Positions 37,480 to 49,789 of a stretch of DNA of 64,000 bases are shown here, piece after piece. Position 1 is the stretch's first letter; the number at the start of each line of letters is the position of its first letter. Source of the DNA: Octopus sinensis. Lineage: Eukaryota. The stretch lies in NCBI RefSeq assembly GCF_006345805.1, contig NC_043004.1, forward strand, positions 32,736,001-32,800,000. Reading direction: 5' to 3'. Position numbers and translations under genes: made by a program. Below the pieces are notes generated by a model, which ran no database searches, was not told the DNA's origin, and was given only the letters and a program-made list of their open reading frames with translations.

Positions 37480-38504
37480 TTTATGAACAGTTTACATTTT
37501 TATAAAATATTTCAAAGGGTGCGATTTTAATACGCGACGTTTATATTGCGATCCAGTTTGGGATGTGACCTATACGGGTTGTATACTTGTTCGAGTAGGG
37601 AATCATTTAGGTCCCTTGTCAACAATCTCGTGTTGGTCAATTTCCATATAAACGCTAGCTTCTAAATTTCTGTAATGAATAGATACAATATTATATATTT
37701 TTTAAGTGTGAAACTCGAAGTAGATAAAGCTATAAATGACAGCGTGTGTGGGGTCAAAACCCCTTTTGGGTAGGAAAAGTCGAAGGCTGCTCGTGGGTGG
37801 CATTCTACCATTGAACAAAACAATCCTTCGAATTTCTCTGTTCATTGTAGAAACTTTGTTCTTACCAGCAGGAATTATTTCACGTTCTCTCGAAGTTTCG
37901 AGCGGGAATTATTTCACGTTCTCTCGAAGTTTCTAAATTGTTATGAGGTATAAATATTGATATTATTATATCACTTGAACGTTAACTGATTATGCAGGAA
38001 GTTGAGTCAATGTTTGTGACCTTATTTCCTCGGCTTTAGCGTTACTTCCTCACGTTCTGTGCCACCCTTTCCTACTAACTCAGTAAATATACTAAAGTGT
38101 GCCATCATTTATTTTACAACACAACTGGAAAATCTGCCAATTTTCTTAATAGAAGGTTGATTTATTACGCTCTAGTATGCGGCCACCAATTTTCTCACAC
38201 TTACCTTCTCACTGCTTTCAAACAGAACAGGTTTATTGTAATACTTAAATTCAGTTCATGAGAATTATGAAAGCTTTTTCAAGTGCTATCCATTTTCCAG
38301 TTTATTGCTATGTCACTGTTCCATATCTATTATTGAGACTGACTCTGTGATATGGGTCGGTGTTCTATTTATTAGTTAGACTGACGTGGCATTGGGTAAG
38401 TGTTACAAATCGCCACTTGTTTCATCCTCTCCCTCCCTCCCTCCCTCCACTCTCTGTCTGGCTCACTCTCACCGTATAACACATATTATCGTATATTGTT
38501 ATAT

Positions 38505-39015
38505 ATCGCCTGTCACAGTGCGCTTCCTCGTATTGTTGTAGCTTTCACATGATGCCACCCCGCTGGCATGGCGGGGGAGGTCGCAGTTCCCCCTGGACAG
38601 GCCGCTAGTTCGTCCCATTTACAGGTGAGCAGACTGTGGAACTGAGCAACGTGAAATGAAGTTCTATATTTAAGAGATGAGGAATTATGTACATTATTTA
38701 TATTTGATGGATATTTGTCCTCATCTTGTTTGTTGTTAACACAATGTTTCGGCTGATATACCCTCCAGCCTTCATCAGGTGTCTTGGGGAAATTTGGAAC
38801 CTGGGTTCTCATTCCTAAGGTATTTTTCGATGTTATTATTATTGTTCTGGTCACTGCTTGGAATCGAACTCGGAATCTTAGGGTTAGTATAGCCCGCTCT
38901 CTTAACCACTATGCCATATGTTTCGCTCAAGAACACAACGTATTGCCGGTCTGGGAATCGAAAACACGACCTCGTGGCCCTGAGTGCGACACCCTAACCC
39001 TTTAGCCATGCGCCT
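38505..39015 (-). mobile_element. Family C-type head + tail T2 SINE, split by a hammerhead element
   Basis: GCAACGTGAAATGAAG|insert|TGTTTCGCTCAAGAACACAAC reconstitutes the family C body. Confidence 0.8.
38661..38918 (-). mobile_element. Third copy of the tRNA-headed hammerhead element
   Basis: A box TGGCATAGTGG (38906-38916), B box GTTCGATTC (38861-38869), hammerhead 38738-38783 with GAAACATT variant. Confidence 0.88.
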
Positions 39016-39511
39016 TCACACACACACACACACATACCACACAACACACACCACACACACACACATGCACGCTCGCGTGCTCAGGGCGAGCTTCTTTCAG
39101 TTCCGTCTACCAAATCCACTCACAAGGCTTTGGTCGGCCTGCAGTGGGACTGAACCCGGAACCACGTGACTGAGAAACAAACTTCTCACCACACAGCACA
39201 GAATTGAATAATGTTTCTTCTTACATGTTTACTGATTTCTGCCATTGGGTTGCGGCCATGCTGGAGCACTACTTCGAACCGTTTCAGTCGAAGAAATGAA
39301 CTCCAGTTCTTATGTTTTAAATCTACCACTGATTCTATCAGTCATTTTTGCCGAACTGCAACACTTTGGTTGCCTTTAGCGGAGTCCACTCGGTTAGAAG
39401 TATTCAGGACAAGTCCCCAGTCTGAGCATACCTCTCTATCCTCCTTCAGTCTCAGGGAGCCTGCAAAGGGCCACGACGATTCATGGGCAATTCTTCCGTT
39501 ATGTCTGTAAA

Positions 39512-39904
39512 TCTCTCTATATATAAAGCTGAAGTTGTCTGTGCATGGCAGGTTTGGTAGCCTTCAAGTGAGACTATCTCCTCCGAGACTCTGCGGCGCA
39601 AGTTGACCAAAACTGAGAGTAAGATAGAAGAAGTCTTGCTCTTCCTTCCGCAGAAGAAAACATTCAAATCGGACAATGTTAAGACCAAAAATGATTAATA
39701 TCAAAAAGGTGCTTTGTTTCTATGAAAATCCCTATTTTTTACGATTTTTTTTACTGCTGTGTCGCCATTTTTCGGTGTATTTCAACCAAAAAAATGTTCA
39801 CCTAAAGAGAATAACAAGCTATATAATGCAAAATTTTTACTTTTCAAAAATTCCAATTCTAAAGGATCGAAACAAACCCGAGCAACGCCGGGCGATACTG
39901 CTGG
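39512..39904 (+). mobile_element. Non-autonomous Helitron (~390 bp)
   Basis: A|TCTCTCTATATATAAAGCTG...CCCGAGCAACGCCGGGCGATACTGCTGG|T (CTRR end). Confidence 0.88.
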
Positions 39905-40449
39905 TTTAAATTAAAACAAACAACTGCAAAGTATTCCGGTTCTCAGCATATTAATTCCACAAGGGTGAAAAGTAAAGTTACTTCTGGTGGGGGATATTTG
40001 AACCGAGAATGTTGTGATACTGATTCAGTTTCGATTCTTGTCCATGTCACTTTGTAAGACCCTTAGAAAAGGACTGAATGCTATACGATATTCCCATCTG
40101 CTTCTTGAAAACTAGCCTGAACTGAAATATAATAATCTAACAATGTCTTGAATGTACCGAACGTGTCCTATCCTCCGTTTATTATCCTTGTTATCTGAAA
40201 GTCTCGGCTCTAACGCCCACTTCACTATCAAGCTCAACCTTATTATTAAACGTCTCTTATCAGTGGGAGTGTGTATCACAGCTGGTCCGAGGTGAGACAA
40301 GCCAACCTGACGGCCGCATTAATGCTTGCACCCTGGTTCATATCCTGCTACGGCACCACCCCTACCCTACCCCCAACCATTTAACCCCCTGGCTCACAGT
40401 ATGACTCACCTTTTCACACATTACTATACATTTTCTGTTTTCCTAACAC

Positions 40450-40807
40450 CCCGACTCCCTCACTCTCTCCCTTACTCTCTCTTTCTCTCTGCTTTCAGTT
40501 CTCCCCCCTCTCTATTCCAACTTACGCTTGTCCCCCAGCTCCCTCTCTCTTTTTCTCGTTCTTCAGTTCTCCCACCCCCTCTCTCTCTCACGCACTCCCT
40601 TTCATGAGCTCCTCTTTCTCTCTCTTTCTCCTAACTCTTGTCTCCCAGCTTTCTTTCTTTCTCTCTCTCCCTCACTCTCTCACACTCCCTCTCACGAACT
40701 CATTTTTCTCTCTAACTCTCTCTTTCCAGTACTCTTCTTTTCTTATAGCTCCCTCTCTCTCCCTTACTCCCTCTCTCTCACCAACCCTCTCTCCAGGTCC
40801 ATCGCCT

Positions 40808-40845
<38 letters not shown>

Positions 40846-40945
40846 TCTTGTCTGTAGCTCTGTCTCTCCCTCTCTCTCCTTCCCCTTCTCCCGTCTTTCT
40901 TCCTTTCTCCCCTTCTCTCTCCCATTTTACCCACTTTTCTCTCTT
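40450..40945. repeat. ~500-bp polypyrimidine (CT-rich) low-complexity tract
   Basis: Directly visible; joins straight onto a headless family B body at 40945. Confidence 0.9.
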
Positions 40946-41455
40946 GTGAATGGATTCCTTGTGACGGAAACTGAAAGAAGCCTGTCGTATATTTCTATGT
41001 GTGTATATGCGTGTTTGTATCTGTTGCTACCACTTCTTGACAATCGTTGTTAGTTTGTCCTGTGAGCTAGTGATTCGGCAAAAGCGACTGATAGAATAAA
41101 TATCAGACGTAAAAAAGATATGAGTACTGGGTTCGATTCATTCGAGTAAAACCCTTCAAGGCGGTGCCCCAGCATGGCCGCATTCCAATGATTGAAAGAA
41201 TTAAAAGATAAAAGTACAAAATGAATTAACAAATACTTGATAGTGTTCTTGTGAATGAACGTCTTGTTGTTGTTACTGTTGTTGTTTAGTTTTTGTTGAG
41301 CTCTGGATTAATTAGACCGCGTGATCAAAAACGTTCCAGCCATGACTAATCCATCTATATTTTAGTAGGTCAGACGATCGCCTTTATAACTTCCTTTTTC
41401 GTTCAGGATGGCTGACCGAGTTCTGATAAAGCTTTATTCATATTTTATTTCTTGT

Positions 41456-41493
<38 letters not shown>

Positions 41494-41940
41494 CTGGCGG
41501 TGGTGGTGGCCATATTCACTGACAAGACGCACCTGTCTTTTCCCTTCATCTATTATCTTTTAAACTTAAACTTGTTTCAGTCATTAGACTGCGGCCATGC
41601 TGGGGCACCACTTTGAAGGGTTTCAGTCGAACAGATCGACCCCAGGAGATCGTGTATTTTTTAAAAGTCTGGTACATTATCAGTCTCTTTTGCCGAAGTC
41701 CTACGTTACAAGGACGTAAACAAACAAACACCGGGTGTTAAGTAGTGGGAGCAGATAACAAACACAGACACACACTCAAATACACGCATGTACACATACA
41801 CAGACGCACACATATGTATAACGGGCTTTCGCACAGTTTCCAACTACGAAATCCATTCGCAAGGCTTCGGTCGGTGAAATAGTAGAAGACTCTTGCTCAA
41901 GTTGCCGCGCAGTGAGATCGAACCCGAAACCAAGTCGTTG
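40945..41940. mobile_element. Two family B SINEs (40945-41215 +; ~41570-41940 -) with (TAG)n at 41455-41493
   Basis: Family B body and tail motifs. Confidence 0.75.
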
Positions 41941-42449
41941 CCTGTGTCTATATATCTCTGAAATCTCTAATAAACAGGTGGTGGTGGTGGTGGTGGTACC
42001 GCTTGGGGTGGAGATGAACCGCTTTGATATTTTTGTCTTTCTCGAAACACGTGAGACAGGACAAACTCAGTTTTAACATTTAAAGTTGAGAACTAAGAAA
42101 TTTAAATTAAAATGACATTCGTAATGAAGACAAAAGTATAATTAACTTAATAAATAATTATGGTAAAAAAGACAAGAGAGATAATTATGATAATGATTGT
42201 TTCTCTTCGCCAGGGGTGTAGTTTTTGATAAATTAGAATTTTGTGGGTTCTCTACATTATGTTCGTATGAACTTTACCATTTGGTTCTTATGCAAACAAC
42301 GTTCCTTGGTATTTTCTGTTGGTTCCTAAGGCGAGACAACCAATTACAGACAATAATCGCGATCGAGTTTCAGATTCTGTGTGCTGAAAGTTTCTTTCAA
42401 CTATGGATATTGCATGCATACATACATGCATGCATATGTACGTACATGC

Positions 42450-42616
42450 ATGATGACCGTCCACTCGTGACCGAGGAAGACCATTGCTGACCTTCAGGAG
42501 CATTAACTTATATTTTACATTTGTGGTTCCGTTGGTGTCTAATGAGCCCTGCTCTTGACAAGCATACGCGACTGCAAACATTGCAAACCAAGCTTTCTCC
42601 ATTCACCACACCCGCC
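42450..42616 (-). mobile_element. RTE-clade 3' fragment, second subfamily
   Basis: Encodes LVCNVCSRVCLSRAGLIRHQRNHK* followed by a short 3' UTR and a (CATG/TATG)n tail at 42415-42452. Confidence 0.75.
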
Positions 42617-42685
42617 CATACATACATACATACATGATGGCTGCCTCCTCGTTATCCAGTATGGCCATTGCACGAAGCTTAACTG

Positions 42686-43882
42686 TTACTGGTGCCGTGA
42701 TCGAATGTGACTTTTTAGCCCAGCTAAAGATCTACAATGTCTTGTATAGAATTGGCAGCTAAAACCTTTACCGGTAATAGCCGGCTGTAGTTGTAACTGG
42801 GCTTCATGTACCTTTGCATGTCGTTTAAGTCCTCCTGTCGGTTTACACTCTCTTCCACATGCCCCACAGATATGATTAGTATGGTGTGTAATACCACCAC
42901 CAGTGGCCAGGTTGTCACTCATCTGTCTCGCTTTATGACTACGAAGATGACTCTTGAGTCCAGTTTTACTGAGGCAGGGTCTTGCACAGACACTGCATGT
43001 CAGCATCATAGGATGACCCTTCCCATCTGGAAGTGTAACAGCGATGCCCTTCCTGACATCCCTCCTTAGTTTTTCATGTGCAACTCGAGATTTCTCAAAA
43101 GTGGCTGTCCCCTCGTGCACAATGCTTCTCCACCTGCTACGATCAATAGCTATGCCTTCCCATGTGTCAGGAGAGATGCAAGCATCTCTTAAGGAAGCCT
43201 TCAGCAAGTCCTTATACCTCTTCTTTGGTTTATGTGGAGGTCGTTCTCCTTTAGCTAACTCTCCATAAAAGAGTTGTTTTGGCATCCTTGAAGCCTTCAT
43301 CCTGACCAGATGACCACTCCATCTGAGCCTTTGCTTTAACACAAGAGCTTCTATACTTTCACATTGAGAGCCTTCCAATATTTCAAGATCACTGATGCGG
43401 TCCTTCCACTTAATGCCATAGATCCGTCTGGGACACATCTGATGGAAACGTTCCAGTTGTTTAAGGTGATATCGATATGTGACCCACGTCTCGCAGGCAT
43501 AGAGAAGAGAAGAGTGCACACATGCCTTGTACACCTTTATCTTTGTCTTTCTGCATGTGTCTCGCCGACTCCAGAGGCGCTTTTCTAGCCTTCCGAAAGC
43601 AACACTTGCTTTCCTAATTCTATATGGAATTTCATCATCCAAATTGCTATATCTATTAATAGGGCTTCCTAGGTAGACAAACTGATCAACTACATCAAGT
43701 CGTTTACCATACACATAGATATTTGGTACACTATACTGCTTACCAGGTGCAGGTTGGTGCATGACAACAGTTTTCTTGAGATTGACTGTCAATCCTAAGG
43801 CAGTGCAAGCATCAGGGAATGCATTCAAAATGTGTTGCATATCAATCTCTGTGTGTGCTACCAGCTCACAATCATCAGCATA
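42686..43882 (-). CDS. 5'-truncated RTE-clade LINE ORF: RT domains 5-7 (YADD), thumb and three C2H2-like zinc fingers
   Basis: YADDCELVAHTE, LTVNLKKT, FVYLGS, LLYACETW, RLRWSGHLVRM, MPKQLFYGEL; 398 codons without a stop. The first 21 residues of the track ORF are translated microsatellite. Element body 42634-43882. Confidence 0.93.
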   Translation of the reverse strand, partial: YADDCELVAHTEIDMQHILNAFPDACTALGLTVNLKKTVVMHQPAPGKQYSVPNIYVYGKRLDVVDQFVYLGSPINRYSNLDDEIPYRIRKASVAFGRLEKRLWSRRDTCRKTKIKVYKACVHSSLLYACETWVTYRYHLKQLERFHQMCPRRIYGIKWKDRISDLEILEGSQCESIEALVLKQRLRWSGHLVRMKASRMPKQLFYGELAKGERPPHKPKKRYKDLLKASLRDACISPDTWEGIAIDRSRWRSIVHEGTATFEKSRVAHEKLRRDVRKGIAVTLPDGKGHPMMLTCSVCARPCLSKTGLKSHLRSHKARQMSDNLATGGGITHHTNHICGACGRECKPTGGLKRHAKVHEAQLQLQPAITGKGFSCQFYTRHCRSLAGLKSHIRSRHQ

Positions 43883-43955
43883 CATACATACATACATACA
43901 TACATACATACATACATACATACATGCATGCATGCATGCATGCATGCATGCATGA

Positions 43956-44185
43956 ATGATGACTGCCTCATCCTGCTAGAGGACAGCAGCCTCACATTTA
44001 GCTTGATTTGTTCTGATTTACTTTCATCCTTACACGTTCGCAGATACGATTTTTAACGTCGCAGTGCATCCATCGCCATAGGACTTTATAAAATTCAAAA
44101 CATGAAGAAAGGAAATGATAAGGGGGCATCTGTTCGTCTCTAGATTTAAGTGGCAAAAGCTCGTACAACACTTTTGCCATTCTTT
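43956..44185 (-). mobile_element. Old RTE-like 3' remnant
   Basis: 3' end GAGGCAGTCATCAT(TCAT)(GCAT)n parallels GAGGCAGCCATCAT of the young copy; degenerate LKS.LR finger-like codons. Confidence 0.5.
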
Positions 44186-45328
44186 CTCGGTTGTCATGGT
44201 AGGTTCCAGGGAATCGCTATATCACTGGTTCTATTTTTGACTGCAGAGTATCTTTCCCCAAGATATGGTAATTAAAGTGTGACTTCACGCTCCCCACAAC
44301 TTCAGAACTCACATTCTGGAGCCTCACCGACGGATGCAGTTTAATGACGTAACCAGAACAAACATATATGTATGTATGCATACTTATATACATACACATA
44401 TATACACTTACATATACATACATACACAACCCGCCCATCTATAACGGATTAATAGTGGAGATGGTGGTGAATCCCCAGGACCAACTTAATTTTTTTTAAG
44501 TGATTGAAGAAGTTCTAGCTGAAGATGCAGCTTTAATTAATGTTTGTAACACCATGCATTCAGTTTGTAATTATGCAGATGCACTCCCTGCAATGTATCC
44601 ATTTAAAAGACTTTCAGAAAGCATTTCCCATCTGTGCTGGAAATAAAGGAATAAAAACTAACAGAATACGAAAGAAAATCAACAAAAAGAAACAAGCAGA
44701 ACAAAAACATTTCTCCTTTGTTACAAAATTTCGGCTTTAAAATGCCCCTAATCAAGCAAAATATAAGGGGTTGAAATTAGCCCTGAACTGTACGTGGATG
44801 GAGTTGATGGGGAGCGACATGGGTAGGTTGGTGGTGTGATATAAACCAATCAACGTCGAGCAATTCTTGTTGATGGTGAAACTTAAATTTTTTAATAAGT
44901 CTCCACATTCATCTTTCTCTCTTTCCGTTTCTTTTTTTTTATCAGCGCTCGGCATTGTTTGTAATTTGAGTTTCTGGAAAAGATCAAGTTAAAATTGACT
45001 GGAATTTCATTTATATTCTTTCTCAAATTCTCGTACTTTTTTCTTACAAAGCCTTAGGTTAAGAATAACAATAAAACTTCCGTTGCTGTTTATTATATTA
45101 TTTAGTTTTATCTCAACACAGTAACACTCTACACACAGCAACACTCAACATGCACAACAGCACCACCATATTCTCATAAAATCCATTGTTTATACATCAA
45201 GTACAGAGAAGCCAGTTAGAGTTCATAGCAGGCACATCCGGCTTTCGTGTGAATTTCTAGATTTTGTTTGTTTAGTTTGTTCATACACATGTTTATCAAC
45301 GAGTGGTGGATGTGTTAAACGAGAAAAC

Positions 45329-45388
<60 letters not shown>

Positions 45389-45863
45389 TGTGTGATGAAG
45401 GTGGTAGGTGTAGGAGAAGTGAAGAATGTTTTTCGCGAATTAGATCCGATCTTGTTTTTGTAGTAAAATTTATGCATTTATATTTTATGAATTGATAAAA
45501 TTCGATGAAATATTGAGACCTGACCGCCTCCAGATATTGCTGTGTTTCATAAATGTTCTGTATGTAGTCTAATGCTATGTTGAGTGGCTCCTCTACGATC
45601 AAATTTCCAGTGAATTTTTAGATGTTTTCTCGTTGCTGTTTCCTACTCAGTTTCTTCATCGCCCTGTATAAGTTATTTCAAGGAATGTCTTGTTTCACGG
45701 CTGACAACACCAACCGTCATCTTGTAAACATTGAAACAATGTAAGACTACCTACTTGTACGATAATTCGCTCATTCTGCTTTCAGAGATCAATATATGAT
45801 CAGCTGTAGAGCAGTAGGTGCTTCATATTCCAATGTAGGCCCTGATCGAACAGATATATATGT

Positions 45864-45904
<41 letters not shown>

Positions 45905-46439
45905 CTAAAACTATTCCAGCTGTGACCATTCTACATTTTTCTCTAGGTGTGATTTGAGGGAGATTTGAGTACTATTTCTAGCAGATGGAGCGATGGTACA
46001 AACGCACCTTCTTTGGCTCATATATTGGTAGGTTGTGAGATGAAGCAGAAAGCACCATTTCGTGTAGAACCCTCGCTAGTGGATATATCTATATATATAT
46101 ATATATATATATATAAAGGGCACGAAACCTTGCTCCACTTTTCCTCACGGTGATATTTATAACTCTCATGCCATTCATTTTAAGGTAGGGGAACAGACAG
46201 ACAAGCAGACCTCATTCTAGTGGTTACCTTCAGCGCCAATTTGTTGATGCTCAGCCGCCATACTAGTCTTTCTTTTTGTCTGTTACTTCGAGTAAGGAAT
46301 GCTGCAGTTTGTTTCAAGATACGGAGGTAGATTTTCTCCGCTCCTTGATCCGAATGTGTGGAGGTGTTGAAAGAAGCGATTTTTGAAGGTGTTTTCTGTT
46401 ACACACAAACACACAATTGTACGTATTATGGTTACTTAA

Positions 46440-47005
46440 TATAAAAGCTCTTGAAGGGGAGCAGGATCTCTTCAGTAGATATGTGGACGGTCAGCAATGC
46501 CTGTTCATAGTTTTAAGTCCAATAAGACTTGGACAACACCTCCATAGGCCCTCCCCACTCTATTGATGTTATCCAGAGACAAACCCGAGGGAGATGTCTG
46601 GTGCCAATATGAGTTGCAGGCTGAGGGGTGTGGGAGCACCATGATCTCAAGCAGAAGCAAAAGATCCCCTCCCCATCAAATATCCAACGCCATTCTCTGC
46701 AAATCTGGTTTTGTATCAGAGTGACCTTCTCCTAGAGACATGCTTCAACAACAGCTAAAGGGGTGCCTCCCTCCCAGTGGTTGCCCAGCATGCTGGACAC
46801 CATCCTGTAATTTCTGTGTACCCATGGTATTGCCAGGTAGTCGTTGAACCAGCACTAGGTTCATCCGGCATTTAAACAGGTCTTGTGTTTAGTCCTGCTG
46901 GCTTTCTAGCAACCTTCTTCACCAGGCTAGCCTTGTGGGGGTGCCAGTTTAGTCGCTGACAACCTGACCATGCAACAGGTTGTACTGGGTTCCATGTTAC
47001 CAGTA
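46440..47005 (-). mobile_element. Probable RTE-type 5' UTR fragment
   Basis: GC-richer island; motif GGTTTTGTATCAGAGT..CCTTCTCCTAG recalled from RTE 5' UTRs; 5' end abuts (TATG)n and carries an HDV-like fold candidate at 46944-47000. Confidence 0.45.
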
Positions 47006-47089
47006 GTACATACATACATACTTAAATATATACATACATACAAAGACAGACACTCACACATATGTATATGTGCATGTATATGTATGTGT

Positions 47090-47097
47090 GTATGTGA

Positions 47098-47192
<95 letters not shown>

Positions 47193-47595
47193 GTGTGTGT
47201 GGTGTGTATATATGTGTGTGTGTGTGTATATATATATGTGTGTGTGTGTGTATATATATATGTGTGTGTGTGTGTATATATATATGTGTGTGTGTGTGTG
47301 TATATATATGTGTGTGTGTATATATATATAGAGCGTGTGTGTGTGTGTATATATATAGAGCGTGTGGTGTGTGTGTGTGTGTATATATATATAGAGCGTG
47401 TGTGTGTGTGTGTGTGTATATATATAGAGAGTGTGTGTGTGTGTGTGTGTGTATATAGAGAGCGTGTGTGTGTGTGTATATATATATAGAGAGCGTGTGT
47501 GTGTGTGTGTATATATATATAGAGAGCGTGTGTGTGTGTGTGTGTGTGTATATATAGAGAGCGTGTGTGTGTGTATATATATATAGAGCGTATGT
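47090..47595. repeat. Compound (TA)n(TG)n / (TA)nGAGC(GT)n minisatellite
   Basis: Directly visible; the unit changes along the array. Confidence 0.95.
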
Positions 47596-48144
47596 GCTGA
47601 TATATTTATGTAAGCATGTAAAATCTGTGTGTATAAATATCTGCGTGTCATCTCTTTATTTACAACTAACTCCTTTATGGAGTTGCGTAACTGTATCCCT
47701 TTGATTGATTCCAATCATCCAACGGCTGTTATTAGCGCTGATAATGGTCGTGGTGGTGATAATGATGCCGATGATGATAGATATGAAAATAATACAACTA
47801 TGATAATACCATTTCTGAATAGAGGAGGCTGGTCGTAAATATATACGATGTTTACGTATATATAAACGTAGGTAGTGGTTGTGGAGGAGGTAAGATCGTT
47901 AACTAAATTACCACAATTGCGAATATAATAGCAATTACAACAACAATAGCAACAACAGCAACAATGGCTATAAAGTTCGTGTTGCAAATTGGAGATGATA
48001 ATAAAACAAATATAAGAAAATTAAATAAAAACATACAGAACGACGCTGAAACAAAGATATAAACGATATATAAGTTATATTGTCTAGCGATAAAACAGCC
48101 CTCCCACATGCAGATATATATAATGTAATATAATATCATATATG

Positions 48145-48189
<45 letters not shown>

Positions 48190-49097
48190 CGTGCGTGTAG
48201 TAAGTAAATTACTGAACGTATTGAAGAAAGTGCTGATAGATAGTCAATAAGTTATCGCAGATTTTATTCAATTGTTTCGTAAATAAACACATTTGCGACG
48301 AATTGGAAAAAATAAAAGTTCGTATAATGAATAACAGTCTGTTTCTACTGTAAGTTTCTCTTGTGTCGTATTCTTACAGGAGTCTGTGAATGAGTGTGTG
48401 GAAGGAAGAAAGTAGAGAATCCGAAGCTGGCATGGAAGAAAAGTTATAGTGTATGTGTATGAGATGGTAATTTCTGGAACAGACAGAAACAGCCTGCCTA
48501 TGTTTTCTCAGAGACCCTCAAGATGTCCCTGGTTCAAAGTTGAGTTAGGTTACTGTGATTGAAAGTAAATTAGGTTTACGTGGCTTCACATGTTTCACCT
48601 TAAAACATAATTAATAGCTACATGCCAGTAGATATGATTAATAGTTCCAAATATGTTGTTACCTTCGGTATCTATCGACACCCTACGCGCGCGCACACAC
48701 ACACTACGTGTATGTGTGTATATATATATAGTTGAAATTTATAGAAAAACAAAAGACGATGACAGGTGTAGAAACAACAAACAGGTGTATTAATTTAACG
48801 CTCGGAAAAAATGGAAAAGTCTTTTACGTTTCGAGCCTACGTTTTTCGACAGAAGGGAATGAGGAAAAAATGGGGAAAGAATGAAAAAAAAAAAAATGAT
48901 AAAACGGAGAAAAATATTGTGTAGAGTTCAGTGGTTCAGCATCTGCGTGTATGTGCGTGTGACTGTATGCGAACCGTCCTGGTCTTGGGCCTGTGTTAGA
49001 GAACATTATTATTTTTACCTGGTTCTTTATTTTCTTAGTTCAAGGTTTATCTTGTCAAAATAAACATTGTCTTTCATTCCTTTAGGATTGGTAAACC

Positions 49098-49500
49098 AAA
49101 GTACCAGTGAAATAAAGGGGATCTGTGTAATTGACAAAACTCTTCTCTCAAAACTCCAGCCGTTGTGCCTAAATTAGAAACACTGTTTAGAGTAATGCAT
49201 TAGCAGAATCATAAGCGAGTCGGACAAAATGCCGAGCAACATTTCTTCCGGCTGTTTACGTTCTAAGTTCACATCCTGCCAAAGTTGACCTTGCCTTTCA
49301 AAGTACCAGTGAAATAATGGGGTCTGTGTAATTGACAAAACTCTTCTCTCAAAACTCCAGCCGTTGTGCCTAAATTAGAAACACTGTTTAGAGTAAATGC
49401 ATTAGCAGAATCATAAGCGAGTCGGACAAAATACCGAGCAACATTTCTTCCGGCTGTTTACGTTCTAAGTTCACATCCTGCCGAAGTTGACCTTGCCTTT
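49098..49500 (+). repeat. 202-bp tandem duplication with junction inside family A SINE sequence
   Basis: AAAGTACCAGTGAAATA at 49098 and 49300; junction GCCTTTC|AAAGTACCAG. Confidence 0.92.
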
Positions 49501-49789
49501 CGTCTTTTCGAGGTCAATAAAACAACGTACCAGCCAAATACTAGGATCGATGTAACGAGTTGTCTCTCAGCGTTTCCCAACATTTTGTCATTGAAACTGA
49601 CCAGCAGATTCCATCCTGAAGTATGCGGACCCTTGTGGGTTTCAGAAAGCTAACACTGGGCACTCCTTAGTCGTATTCAAAATTTTAAAAGAGCAGCAGA
49701 GTAAATTAGCTAAGTTAATTAGTTGTAATTACGGTTATTCAGTTACAGATATCTTTCAAACGAGAAGTGAAACTGGAGAAATAAGTTTA

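Noticed and set aside
37871-37933. 29-bp direct repeat
   Set aside because: Ordinary short tandem duplication with no further structure.
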